Shown: piece after piece, positions 17,113 to 26,493 of the stretch
Layout: each line of letters opens with the position of its first letter
How positions within the stretch are numbered: the first letter of the stretch is position 1
Assembly (NCBI GenBank): GCA_963676835.2
Contig: CAXXFF010000003.1
Location: 864,001 to 928,000 of the forward strand
Length of the DNA stretch: 64,000 nucleotides
DNA from: Marispirochaeta sp.
Lineage (GTDB): Bacteria > Spirochaetota > Spirochaetia > JC444 > Marispirochaetaceae
Direction: 5' to 3'
Notes under the pieces: generated by a model
Databases searched by the model: none
Told to the model about the DNA's origin: nothing
The model's input: only the letters and a program-made list of their open reading frames with translations
Translations under genes and position numbers: made by a program

Positions 17113-19038
17113 TCAAACCGCGGGTAAACTTCTTATGGTGGTATCCATCTCTTCTATTGACATTGTCAGCTCATTTACTGTTTGGGTATAACCGTCCAGT
17201 TTTGCATAGGATTCCTCCGAAATTTCGACAAGGGTGCTTATGGCTGAATTCATATTCTGGCTGTTTTCGTAGGTACTCTTCAATTCCTCGGTTATCAGCC
17301 GGGATTTATCCTTTAAAATCTCCATTGCATCCACCACGGCCTGCACCGAAGTTTTACTTTCCTTGACACTGTTGTCGGTTATACCCGCAAGATTTTTTAC
17401 TTCCCTGGCCACCACGGCAAAGCCCCGCCCGGCCATACCCGCCCGGGCCGCTTCTATGGAAGCATTGAAACCAAGTAAATTAATCTTATCTGCGGTATCT
17501 ATAATGCCTGCAAGTATGTTCTGAATTGCAACGGTATTTTTTCCCAGGCCGGTAAGCTCCGCGGCAACACTTTTTTCTTCCGCGGAACTGCGGTCAACAG
17601 AATCCAGAAGTTCGGAAAACTGCGTGTTAAGAGTGCTCAGCTTTTCCTTATTCGTATCTACAAAACCGGTCAAGTCGGAAATAAACTGCATTAGTGTTGA
17701 AACAGCAATGCGGCTTTTTTCCCAAATCCGGTTCTGGATTTTCATTATCTGATTCATCCTGTTCAGTTTGCGCTTTAAACCAAGTTCCCGGAAACCGGCA
17801 TAACGGTTGATAAAGTCATCCATAAATTCATCGGAAAAGTTACCGGAGGTATTGTCGAAAAAGAACAGAGCCGTAAGGGTCTGGTTGATATTTACTCCTA
17901 ACAGCTCACCGAAGGTGGAAAAACCTGCAACAGGAATCTCGTCAAAGGTATTCACCCGGTCCAGGACCTTGTCATTTACAAGCCGCCTGAGGATACAGTC
18001 GTTAAACTGGGCTCCCAGCAGGGGAACTCTTTTTCCTTTCATAAAAGCACTGAAATCTGACTCGATGGATTCAATAAAGTCCGTATGCGCTACAAGATGA
18101 AGTTCATCCCCAAAGGTAACATCGCAGTAAAAGTAAACCCGTCTCTCGGCGTAATCGATCCTTGCCACGGACCGGACAAAGATCTCCCCGTTAATCAGCA
18201 CCGCAAAACTGAAATCCGAGAGCCTGGCATCCAGAGCATCCTCACTGCAGGAAAAATGTTGGGCAAGGACAGTAATAAAATCCTTTAAGGTCCCTGTTTC
18301 TGTATCCAGTATAGTGCTTACAAAGCGCTGGTTTTCGTCAGCCTGCCCGATGGTAAAGGTCTGCCCGGTAAGCTTGAAGTTCTGAGACTTGAGCACACCG
18401 ATGCCGATGGAATCAGCAAGGCGCATCAGTGTTACCACAGCCCGGTTCTGAACAACTTCTCGTCCATTGAAGATATAGGTATTCTGAAAATCAAGATTTC
18501 CCCCGGCAGATCCGCCAATGCTGAGACAGGGCAGTTTTCCGCTTTCATACAGAGCTTCCATGTAGAAATTTTCCGCCCGGGAGAGACCGTCAATCAGGGT
18601 AAGAGCCACACACCGCCGGTAATCTATGGAAAAAGGGGGATTGATCTTTTCAATCTCCCGGCGTATTCGCTCTATTTTCTCCTGAGCATCAAGACCGGGA
18701 TCGAAAAGATCTATACTGTGAATATAGACATCATCAACTACCAGGGAACTGAAGCTTTGAAATACAATTGTATCCCGCTCTTCCAGTGCCTTGATATAAA
18801 AAGGAGCTTCACTTCCACCGTCATTACCAGAGCAGACTTCCCCTGCGGTTGAGGTAAGTACCAGCGGAATAGACCCGAATAGACGCTTGAGGTCATCAGC
18901 AGCTTTCTCGAAAGGGATATCCGGTGAAAGGTAACCTAGAATTAAGCGGGTCTCCGCTTTTTCAAAGGTAATCTCGGCTTTATCAAAAGTATCAAGACTT
19001 TTAAAACTAATGGTTGCTACGCGTATAAAATCGTTCAC
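17113..19038 (-). CDS. Soluble chemoreceptor with N-terminal FIST domain and MCP signalling domain
   Basis: STAGE, DGLS, GGSAG, FYCD, DCILR and GFSTFGE FIST motifs; [20 protein letters not shown]; no TM helix. Confidence 0.85.
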   Translation of the reverse strand: MNDFIRVATISFKSLDTFDKAEITFEKAETRLILGYLSPDIPFEKAADDLKRLFGSIPLVLTSTAGEVCSGNDGGSEAPFYIKALEERDTIVFQSFSSLVVDDVYIHSIDLFDPGLDAQEKIERIRREIEKINPPFSIDYRRCVALTLIDGLSRAENFYMEALYESGKLPCLSIGGSAGGNLDFQNTYIFNGREVVQNRAVVTLMRLADSIGIGVLKSQNFKLTGQTFTIGQADENQRFVSTILDTETGTLKDFITVLAQHFSCSEDALDARLSDFSFAVLINGEIFVRSVARIDYAERRVYFYCDVTFGDELHLVAHTDFIESIESDFSAFMKGKRVPLLGAQFNDCILRRLVNDKVLDRVNTFDEIPVAGFSTFGELLGVNINQTLTALFFFDNTSGNFSDEFMDDFINRYAGFRELGLKRKLNRMNQIMKIQNRIWEKSRIAVSTLMQFISDLTGFVDTNKEKLSTLNTQFSELLDSVDRSSAEEKSVAAELTGLGKNTVAIQNILAGIIDTADKINLLGFNASIEAARAGMAGRGFAVVAREVKNLAGITDNSVKESKTSVQAVVDAMEILKDKSRLITEELKSTYENSQNMNSAISTLVEISEESYAKLDGYTQTVNELTMSIEEMDTTIRSLPAV

Positions 19039-19143
19039 TCTGCAGTCTCCCGGTCAAAGTATTTCTGGAGAACTGTTTTTATAAAGTTTTCAGACGATGA
19101 ATAACAGCATAGGAAATTTTAACTGGAAAAGCAAAACAGATGA

Positions 19144-20349
19144 TCACTTTCGTGTGGAAAATAATACCAGAGCCTCGGCTGAAAATAAGACACCTGCGGA
19201 CAGGACAAACACCAGGAGAGGAAACAGACCAGTGGATTCCTGCTGAAAAACCAATCCGGCAACAGGCGGAATAAAGGCACTGCCGCAATACCCCGCAGCC
19301 ATCTGCAGTCCGATAATTTTTGCAGCTCTCTCACCCCCGAAACGCTTGGGAGTTTCGTGCAGCATGCCGGGAAATACCGGAGCAAAACCCAGGCCGAGCA
19401 GAATCAGGGGAGCGCCGTAGAAGTTGCCCTGCAGGAGAGCATGCTGTGGAAGCAGAAAAAGAACCACAGCGAACAACGCCGTAATCATTCCAAATCGGAT
19501 AAGGTATTTATTGGATACCCGAAAAGAGAGAAACCCAGCAAGAATACGGCCAACTGTAATTCCTGCATAATAAAGGGAAACCCAGACTGCAGCTGACTTA
19601 ATACTGAACCCCCGGGAATGTACAAGATAACTGCTTCCCCAGAGGCCGGCTGATGTTTCTGCACCACCGTATAAAAGGAAAACAGCCATCGCAGCTAACA
19701 GCTTTCCCCGAATTCCACCTTCGGGATTACCTATCCTCCCGGACTCAGATAAAGCGTCCACTTCATCCGGAGAAGGGCTTTTCCGGGTATGGAAATTCCA
19801 TAGGGAGAAACTGGCCATAATGATACAGGCTACAAGTAACTGAATAGCAAACAGGGAGAAATACCCGGTTCGCCATGAAGAATTAAACTGCATAAACAGG
19901 GCTATAAGCAGTGGTCCCGAGGTTGCACCAATTCCCCAGAAAGCATGAAGCCAGTTCATATGGTGGGCTCGAAAATGGACAGCAACATAATGGTTCAGTG
20001 CCGCATCCACCGACCCTCCGCCGAATCCCAAAGGTGCCGCAAAAATAATCAGCCATAGCCATGAGGGAGCGACAGAAAACCCCAGAATGGCTACCGCAGT
20101 TGTCAGCGTACTGAAGAGGGTTATCCGAAATGTTCCTAATCTGGTAATCAGCCAGCCGCTGAAGAGACTGGAGAGAATAGTCCCGGAAATAACAATCATT
20201 GAAACAAGTCCGCCCAGACCCAAAGCCAGAGACCACTCCTCTTGAATGGCGGGAAAAACCACACCGAACACAGAATCCGGCAGTCCGAGGCTTATAAATG
20301 TCAGGTAGATGACCATCAGGAGCAAAATCATCCGTAAACGATCATTCAA
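19144..20349 (-). CDS. MFS transporter
   Basis: FISLGLPDS, GGSVDAALN, MNWLHAFWGIGA, ~12 TM helices. Confidence 0.9.
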   Translation of the reverse strand: MNDRLRMILLLMVIYLTFISLGLPDSVFGVVFPAIQEEWSLALGLGGLVSMIVISGTILSSLFSGWLITRLGTFRITLFSTLTTAVAILGFSVAPSWLWLIIFAAPLGFGGGSVDAALNHYVAVHFRAHHMNWLHAFWGIGATSGPLLIALFMQFNSSWRTGYFSLFAIQLLVACIIMASFSLWNFHTRKSPSPDEVDALSESGRIGNPEGGIRGKLLAAMAVFLLYGGAETSAGLWGSSYLVHSRGFSIKSAAVWVSLYYAGITVGRILAGFLSFRVSNKYLIRFGMITALFAVVLFLLPQHALLQGNFYGAPLILLGLGFAPVFPGMLHETPKRFGGERAAKIIGLQMAAGYCGSAFIPPVAGLVFQQESTGLFPLLVFVLSAGVLFSAEALVLFSTRK

Positions 20350-20397
20350 TTCTTTTAGTGTCCTTACTGTTATTATTTCATTCTTATTCCTTTTTGC

Positions 20398-20432
20398 AAT
20401 AGAGAGTTTTAATAGAGAGTTTTAATAGAGAG
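20398..20432. repeat. 13-bp direct repeat x2.7 (AATAGAGAGTTTT) in a divergent promoter region
   Basis: Copies at 20398, 20411 and 20424 (partial). Confidence 0.85.
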
Positions 20433-20506
20433 ATGCAGTAGTGAGACACAATGGATAAATGCAACAGATGGATTGCTTTTATCAAATTGCCTGCTACAAT
20501 ACTTCC

Positions 20507-21583
20507 ATGCAGGGGTTTCTCTTTCTTACCGCACCGGGACTCGAAGATATGGTGAAGAGTGAAATTCTGGATTTTCTGCGCAAAGAAAGTACTTCTACTG
20601 AAAATATCCAATCCGGCAGCGGCCGGGGATGGGTCTTTGTAACATCGGTACCGGGGATTGTTCCGGAAGAGTTGAGCCGGGCTGTAACCTGTTCCTTCCG
20701 CACTATTGGAGTAAAGGGATCAGCCAAACGAGGCGGTTCCCCAGCTGAGATCGAAGCCGCCGCGCTGGCAGAAAGAAGCGGGTTTCCAGAGCTGAAAAAA
20801 CACCCCTCTTTTCGTATTACCTGCTTTCCCGGCTCCGAGCCTTCCGGGACAGCCCGTCTGGTAGAACAGTCCGTGGGAGCGAACGCCGTTAACAGCACAG
20901 GCGCCCCGGTGAGCCTGAAAAAGTACAGCATAAACTACGGTGTAGAGTTTATAGATCAGCGTATATTCTTCGGTACAGTACTGAAGAATGAAGAGGATAC
21001 TCCCAGGTACCGAAAACAGTTTCAGGTACGTACCTCTGTGCGGGCTCATATTGCAGCAGCCATGCTGAGGCTCTGCGGCTATACGGGCCAGCCGGGAGTT
21101 CTTCTGGATCCCTGCTGCGGATCCGGTACAATTCTGCTGGAGGCAGCGTCTGTTCATCCTGGAATAAGGCTGTACGGCGTTGATATTGATCCGAAATGTG
21201 TGGAAGGAAGCCAGCGAAACCTAAAAGCTCTGGCAAAGGCAGGAGCAAAAGCAGGGGATGGAAGCAGAACTTACCAGGGAGATGCCCGGAAGCTTACAGA
21301 AATGTTTCCCGCCGGGAACATAGCCTTCCTGGTATCCAACCTGCCCTTCGGGATTCGTACAGGGAAGAAAATCAATTTCTACAGCTTCTATCGGGATCTG
21401 CTGAAAGGTGCCGATAGAGTTCTTATGCAGAAAGGAAGAGCGGCCCTTCTGATAGGACGAAATCGGGGTATTCTGGAACGGGCCGTGGAGGATGACAATA
21501 AATTTAAAATAATCCACCGGCGAGCTATAGAGGTGGCCGGGCTGCATCCGGCAGTTTACATTCTGCAGAAGAAGGAGCCTTAA
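20507..21583 (+). CDS. THUMP-associated class I RNA methyltransferase (Trm14/RlmL-like)
   Basis: TAPGLED N-terminus, LDPCCGSGTI SAM motif, GVDID, SNLPFG. Confidence 0.8.
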   Translation: MQGFLFLTAPGLEDMVKSEILDFLRKESTSTENIQSGSGRGWVFVTSVPGIVPEELSRAVTCSFRTIGVKGSAKRGGSPAEIEAAALAERSGFPELKKHPSFRITCFPGSEPSGTARLVEQSVGANAVNSTGAPVSLKKYSINYGVEFIDQRIFFGTVLKNEEDTPRYRKQFQVRTSVRAHIAAAMLRLCGYTGQPGVLLDPCCGSGTILLEAASVHPGIRLYGVDIDPKCVEGSQRNLKALAKAGAKAGDGSRTYQGDARKLTEMFPAGNIAFLVSNLPFGIRTGKKINFYSFYRDLLKGADRVLMQKGRAALLIGRNRGILERAVEDDNKFKIIHRRAIEVAGLHPAVYILQKKEP

Positions 21584-22590
21584 TGGAGTTTTTTTTCAAC
21601 AGCCGGTTCGATTCTCTTATAGGCGGCATCAGCGGACAATTCGGCACAACACCGCTGGGATTTCTGCTTTTCTGCCTGACCATACTGGCCTTTCCTCTGG
21701 TGCTGCTGATTATCTACCGTCGGCAGCAGAAAAAATCAACCAGGGAGCTGCTGGAAAAAAGCCGCCGTATTATTGAGAAAAAGGCGGCAAAGCTGGAGCT
21801 GAATGCACGGGAAAAAGAGGTTCTATTGAGACTCGCAGAAGAGACCGGCTCAGGTAAGTCGGGCTATTTGATTCTTTTTGACGAACTCCGCTTTAACAAG
21901 GCCCTGGAGACACTCTCCCTTGAAGATCCTGATTTTGATACCGATGCAGCTGCCGCCCTGAGGGTTAAGCTTGAGTTTAAAATGGAAAACAGCGGAAAGC
22001 CCCGATCCACCGCCGCACTGCCCAAAGGCAGTTCACTTCTGCTTAAAGGAGAAAAAGAGAAAACCATTCTCCATGCAGAACTGAATGCAATACTTCCTGA
22101 GGGCTTTGAAATACGTATTCAGCCTCCCTACCGACTGGCTATTGGTGATAAGGCTGTGTTTCAGTACCAGAATGCCCATGGTGTGTTTCTGTTTAAAAGC
22201 GAATGCCTGAAACGGGACGGACAGCTTCATGTAATGAGTCATCAGTCACATTTTCAGCAAAAGCAGAAGCGTGCCTTTTTCCGCTCCCCCTGGGACGGTC
22301 CGGTGGAACTCTCCCTGTTTGAGAAAGGTGATTCTGTTTCGGCCCGCTTTATAGAAATCGGCGGCGGCGGTGCCAGTGTTTCAAATCCCGCAGGCAGATT
22401 CAGCCAGGGCGATTTTATCTCCCTCACTTTTCAACTGCCCGGGAACAGCCACCGCTTTGAACTGCGGGGCCAGGTATTAAGAACGACAAAGCAGAACAGC
22501 AGACTGCATATAAAGTTCGAGGGCCTTAAAGACGGTGACAGGGATAAAATAATCGGCCTTATCTTTAAACCGAAGGCGGAAGTGAAGTAG
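21583..22590 (+). CDS. Membrane-anchored PilZ-domain protein (YcgR-like)
   Basis: N-terminal TM helix; KRAFFR (RxxxR) and EIGGGG before a beta-barrel. Confidence 0.75.
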   Translation: MEFFFNSRFDSLIGGISGQFGTTPLGFLLFCLTILAFPLVLLIIYRRQQKKSTRELLEKSRRIIEKKAAKLELNAREKEVLLRLAEETGSGKSGYLILFDELRFNKALETLSLEDPDFDTDAAAALRVKLEFKMENSGKPRSTAALPKGSSLLLKGEKEKTILHAELNAILPEGFEIRIQPPYRLAIGDKAVFQYQNAHGVFLFKSECLKRDGQLHVMSHQSHFQQKQKRAFFRSPWDGPVELSLFEKGDSVSARFIEIGGGGASVSNPAGRFSQGDFISLTFQLPGNSHRFELRGQVLRTTKQNSRLHIKFEGLKDGDRDKIIGLIFKPKAEVK

Positions 22591-22602
22591 ACTCTTTCTG
22601 TC

Positions 22603-23451
22603 ATGGACTTCAAACGGCATTACTCAAACCCTCCGAAACCGGAAGAAATACAGGATTTTCAGAAAAGAATAATCTCTTATTATAACGAATCGGGAAGAGA
22701 CTTCCCCTGGCGGAAAAACATTACCCCCTTCTCCATTCTTGTCTCGGAGATTATGCTGCAGCAGACTCAGGTATTCCGGGTAGAGCCGAAATTTCTAGGC
22801 TGGCTTGAAGAAGTTCCGGGTTTTGCAGAACTTGCGGAGATTTCCACACCGAAACTGCTGGAACTCTGGCAGGGCCTGGGCTATAACCGTCGGGCACTTG
22901 CTTTACGTGAATCTGCCCGTAAGGTGATGAATGAGTTTAATGGAGAACTCCCGGCAGATCCGGAAGTACTGCGCACCTTTCCCGGAATCGGTCCGGCAAC
23001 AGCCGCATCAATCTGTGCCTTCGCCTTCAACATGCCGGTTGTCTTTATTGAAACCAATATACGCCGGGTCTTTATACATTTCTTCTTCGGCGATAAATCA
23101 GAAGGAGTAAGCGATAAAGAACTGCTTCCTTTAGTTGAGGCTGCGCTGTATAAGGAGAGTCCCCGTGACTGGTACAACGCGCTTATGGATCTTGGAACAG
23201 AGCTTAAAACTATTGTTCCAAACCCGAACAGACGCAGCCGCCATTATACAAAGCAGGCAGCCTTTGAAGGCTCCAACCGCCAGGCCCGGGGGGCAATACT
23301 AAAGGTTCTTCAATCCACTCCAGGCATTGATGCAAATGAGATTGCCGGAAAAACAGGAATTGAGTACGACCGAATAGAAAAAGCTGCACGGCAGCTGGAG
23401 GATGAAGGCTTTATTGCTGCGGAGAAAGGTGTTTACCGGCTGAAGAGCTGA
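22603..23451 (+). CDS. mutY: Short A/G-specific adenine glycosylase (HhH-GPD) lacking the Fe-S motif
   Basis: GRDFPWR, VSEIMLQQTQV, WQGLGYNRRA, FPGIGPATA, NALMDLG. Confidence 0.85.
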   Translation: MDFKRHYSNPPKPEEIQDFQKRIISYYNESGRDFPWRKNITPFSILVSEIMLQQTQVFRVEPKFLGWLEEVPGFAELAEISTPKLLELWQGLGYNRRALALRESARKVMNEFNGELPADPEVLRTFPGIGPATAASICAFAFNMPVVFIETNIRRVFIHFFFGDKSEGVSDKELLPLVEAALYKESPRDWYNALMDLGTELKTIVPNPNRRSRHYTKQAAFEGSNRQARGAILKVLQSTPGIDANEIAGKTGIEYDRIEKAARQLEDEGFIAAEKGVYRLKS

Positions 23452-23540
23452 ATTACCAGATAGTTGTCTTTAATTCCTGAAAATACCCATATGAAAAAAA
23501 ATAAAAGAGAAAACACGAGTATAAAAACTAACAGAGTGAA

Positions 23541-23864
23541 CTAATCCACCAGCATTTCCTGAAGAACACTCTTCACATTTTCAATCTCATTCCCTGAGAT
23601 CTCTCCCAGATTCTTAATCAGCCTTTTTCGATCTATCGTACGTATCTGATCCAGGACAATCCAGCCTACTTTCCCGGCAAATTTCACCTTCACCCGGGTT
23701 GGGTAAGGATGTGATTTTGTAGTCATAGGTGCGATGATTACGGTCTGGATTGATCTGTTCATTTCATCAGGAGAAATAACAACGCAGGGTCTTACTTTCT
23801 TTATTTCATGGCCAACCGTGGGGTCGAGGTTTATCAGAACAACATCGTACTGCCGGATCACCAT
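23541..23864 (-). CDS. mazF: PemK/MazF-family endoribonuclease toxin
   Basis: LDPTVGHEIKKVRPCVVIS, IAPMTT, DQIRTID. Confidence 0.92.
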   Translation of the reverse strand: MVIRQYDVVLINLDPTVGHEIKKVRPCVVISPDEMNRSIQTVIIAPMTTKSHPYPTRVKVKFAGKVGWIVLDQIRTIDRKRLIKNLGEISGNEIENVKSVLQEMLVD

Positions 23865-24109
23865 TCCCACTGGAACTCATCCGACTCTGTCAGGTTCTCA
23901 TCCAGAAGCTGCGCATCTTCCCCGTACTCATGCATTTTCTCAAATGCCTCAGACCAGTTCTCCCTGGGCTGCCTGTTCACCGGTCGCAGATGGAGTTCTT
24001 TGTCGTGAACTTCAAGTTCCACCTGATCTTCGATTTTCAGCTGCTGAATAATACTTTTCGGGATTCGGATTCCTCTGGAATTGCCGATGGGAATTACTGA
24101 TACCAGCAT
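23858..24109 (-). CDS. mazE: AbrB/MazE-family antitoxin
   Basis: IGNSRGIRIPK; acidic C-terminus ending EW; overlaps the toxin start. Confidence 0.9.
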   Translation of the reverse strand: MLVSVIPIGNSRGIRIPKSIIQQLKIEDQVELEVHDKELHLRPVNRQPRENWSEAFEKMHEYGEDAQLLDENLTESDEFQWEW

Positions 24110-24120
24110 AAACAACCTCT

Positions 24121-24147
24121 TAATGTAACTATAAAGTAATTACATTA
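24121..24147. promoter_or_regulatory. Palindromic operator of the toxin-antitoxin operon
   Basis: TAATGTAA-N11-TTACATTA directly upstream of the antitoxin RBS. Confidence 0.7.
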
Positions 24148-24235
24148 TGCGATCAAGCTGCCGAAAAAGCTTCCCCGGGGAAGATTTATGTACAAGGGTC
24201 GGTAAAAACGATATCTTTACGGCTCTGCCTGAAAG

Positions 24236-24628
24236 CTAATCACTCAGCTCTATAGGAATCCCCAGGGCACTGTCCTTATAGAATAGAATCTGCCTGCCTC
24301 TGAGCCCGGTACGCGGTTTTTCCGCCAGGGGAGTACAGCCGTTTTTCTCAAGCTCAGCCATATCACCTGCTATATCCTCAGAGGTAAAGGAAAAATGGTG
24401 GATAAGGGCATGTTCCCCGGGAGCACTACCCCGCATGTTGTTTTCCTCGTTATTGTCTTCGATAAGTTCAATACTGCAGTTTTCAAAGGGAATCAGGGCA
24501 ACCTTCTTTTTTGCTTCAGGTACCGATTTAACCGGCACAACGGGCTTGCCCAGAGATTTACAGAACTGCTCCACAACCTTTTCAATATCTGTAACTACAA
24601 TTCCAATATGGTTGATTTGATCTATCAT
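24236..24628 (-). CDS. VOC/glyoxalase-family protein (methylmalonyl-CoA epimerase-like)
   Basis: INHIGIVV.D, IELIE, IHHFSF, IEL; GGAGG RBS. Confidence 0.8.
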   Translation of the reverse strand: MIDQINHIGIVVTDIEKVVEQFCKSLGKPVVPVKSVPEAKKKVALIPFENCSIELIEDNNEENNMRGSAPGEHALIHHFSFTSEDIAGDMAELEKNGCTPLAEKPRTGLRGRQILFYKDSALGIPIELSD

Positions 24629-24657
24629 GTGACCTCCTGAAATTACCATGGTATTAT

Positions 24658-25800
24658 ATGGTAAAAGAAAGGAAAAACGCAGGTAAAAACATGGGAATAA
24701 TTCTACTAATCGGCAGTTGGATTATCACAATTCTCCTCATATTTATCTCACTTATGATTCTGGGGATGGGCGGCTGGCTGCAGGCACCGCTGATGCTGAG
24801 CATGGCAGCTCTGTTTTTTCCGCCCCTCTTTGCTTTTCTCACCGGTAAAGGAATACATATTGCCTGGTGGCAGCGGGGAATAGCCGTTGTTTTAATCTAC
24901 ACCCTTATAATGCTCTCCTTCATACTCAACCCGGCTGTTTCAATTTACAAATCCCCGGCATACCGCACGAAGCTGCTGCAGATTTATGATGAAAAACTGA
25001 CACAATGGCCGACACCATACGAAAGCCGATTTATCGATACTAAATACGGAAAAGTTCATGTTATTGTCAGCGGCCCGGAAAAGGGCTACCCGGTAATGCT
25101 GATTAATGCCTCGGGGCTTGCCGGATGGTCATGGATTTATAATGTTGGAGATCTGAATAAAACCTACCGCACCTATGCAATCGACAACATTGGAGAAGCG
25201 GGGAAAAACGAGCTGCTTAAGCCAAAACAGATTCCCCACACCGGGGAAGAAATTGCAGAATACTACACCGATATAAGCCATAAACTGGGAATAGAAAAAT
25301 CCCATGTAATCGGAGCTTCAATCGGCGGCTTTATCGCCACCAACTACGCCATGTATGCTCCGGAAAGAGTGGACAGACTGGTGCTGCTGGGGTCCATGGG
25401 CTACGGCTCAACACCGGCAACCATAGCCACCATGATTATTGCCCAGGGATTTCCCATAAAGCCCGTTCAGGATGCCACCTTCCGCTGGGCCTTCGGTGAC
25501 AGTCCTGTTCTTGCAGAAGATTTCGGCCCCTGGTTCCGGCTGGTAATGAAGGGAATGGTACCCACCCCGATAATGCCCCGCTCTTTTTCTGAAGAAGAAC
25601 TGAAAAAAGTAACAGTTCCGACTCTCAGCTTTGTTGGATCTAAAGATGCAGTTGTTGGCAAGGCCGAAAATGCCGCAGCACTGGCCGGATCAATACCGGG
25701 ATCCGAAGTATTAATCGTGAACAGCGGACACCTTATGGGAGCAGAACTGGCCAATGAGGTTAATCCGAAGATAACAGCCTTTCTGGCTGGAAAACCATAA
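24658..25800 (+). CDS. Membrane-anchored alpha/beta hydrolase
   Basis: N-terminal TM helices; GASIGG nucleophile elbow, GSKD, SGH. Confidence 0.85.
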   Translation: MVKERKNAGKNMGIILLIGSWIITILLIFISLMILGMGGWLQAPLMLSMAALFFPPLFAFLTGKGIHIAWWQRGIAVVLIYTLIMLSFILNPAVSIYKSPAYRTKLLQIYDEKLTQWPTPYESRFIDTKYGKVHVIVSGPEKGYPVMLINASGLAGWSWIYNVGDLNKTYRTYAIDNIGEAGKNELLKPKQIPHTGEEIAEYYTDISHKLGIEKSHVIGASIGGFIATNYAMYAPERVDRLVLLGSMGYGSTPATIATMIIAQGFPIKPVQDATFRWAFGDSPVLAEDFGPWFRLVMKGMVPTPIMPRSFSEEELKKVTVPTLSFVGSKDAVVGKAENAAALAGSIPGSEVLIVNSGHLMGAELANEVNPKITAFLAGKP

Positions 25801-25961
25801 AGGCACTTCTAAAAACCTAGTATTTTTGGCCATAGCCTAGGAGGATAGATTTTATAGCGCCCGCACCCAGCTATTTAATCTTCGATTAAGTAGCTGGAGT
25901 GGACCGCAGGAAATCTTGACAACGCAGGATATGGAGAAAAGAGTAGTTTTTAGAGTTGGCC
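25801..25961 (+). mobile_element. MITE-like element, copy 2 (161 bp)
   Basis: AGGCACTTCTAAAAA...TTTTTAGAGTTGGCC; same scaffold as 12208-12362; flanked by ATAA on both sides. Confidence 0.8.
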
Positions 25962-25990
25962 ATAAAAGATTTAAAAGAGGGAGCAACAAA

Positions 25991-26491
25991 ATGAGTGGAA
26001 TTATTATCTACAAATCAGCCTGCGGAAGCACGGAGGAGTATGCCCGCTGGATAGCCGATGCGACCGGCTACACCGCCGTACCGGTCAAGGAGGCCGGAAA
26101 ACTTGATCTTACAAAATACGACACCATAATCGCTGGCAGCCTGATTATCGCCGGAAGAATGGCTATGGGCAAATGGCTGACAAAAAGATGGGAGAAAATT
26201 AAAGACAAGAAGGTGGTGCTGTTTTCAACCTCCGGCGAAAAACCGGATGACAGCGTAAAGGAACGCTTTCTGACAGCAACCCTCAGTCCGGCAATTGCCG
26301 AAAGAGTAAGCTACTTTCCCCTTCACGGCCGCAGACGCCAGGCGGATCTTAAAGGTATGGCAAAGTTCATGATGTGGGTTGCGGTAAAGTTTATTGCCAA
26401 AACTCCTGAAGAGAAGGAAGAGATGAGCAGGGACTTCGACGGTGTCGCCCGGGAGAATCTGGAGCCCCTGCTGGCAGCAGTGAAAGGCTGA
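25991..26491 (+). CDS. Flavodoxin-domain protein (HemG-like)
   Basis: IIYKSACGSTEEYARWIA, YDTIIAGS; start taken at MSGIII. Confidence 0.8.
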   Translation: MSGIIIYKSACGSTEEYARWIADATGYTAVPVKEAGKLDLTKYDTIIAGSLIIAGRMAMGKWLTKRWEKIKDKKVVLFSTSGEKPDDSVKERFLTATLSPAIAERVSYFPLHGRRRQADLKGMAKFMMWVAVKFIAKTPEEKEEMSRDFDGVARENLEPLLAAVKG

Positions 26492-26493
26492 AC

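Noticed and set aside
25916..25990. Longer start for the flavodoxin gene
   Set aside because: The TTG and first codons lie inside the MITE-like element. ATG 25991 has its own RBS.
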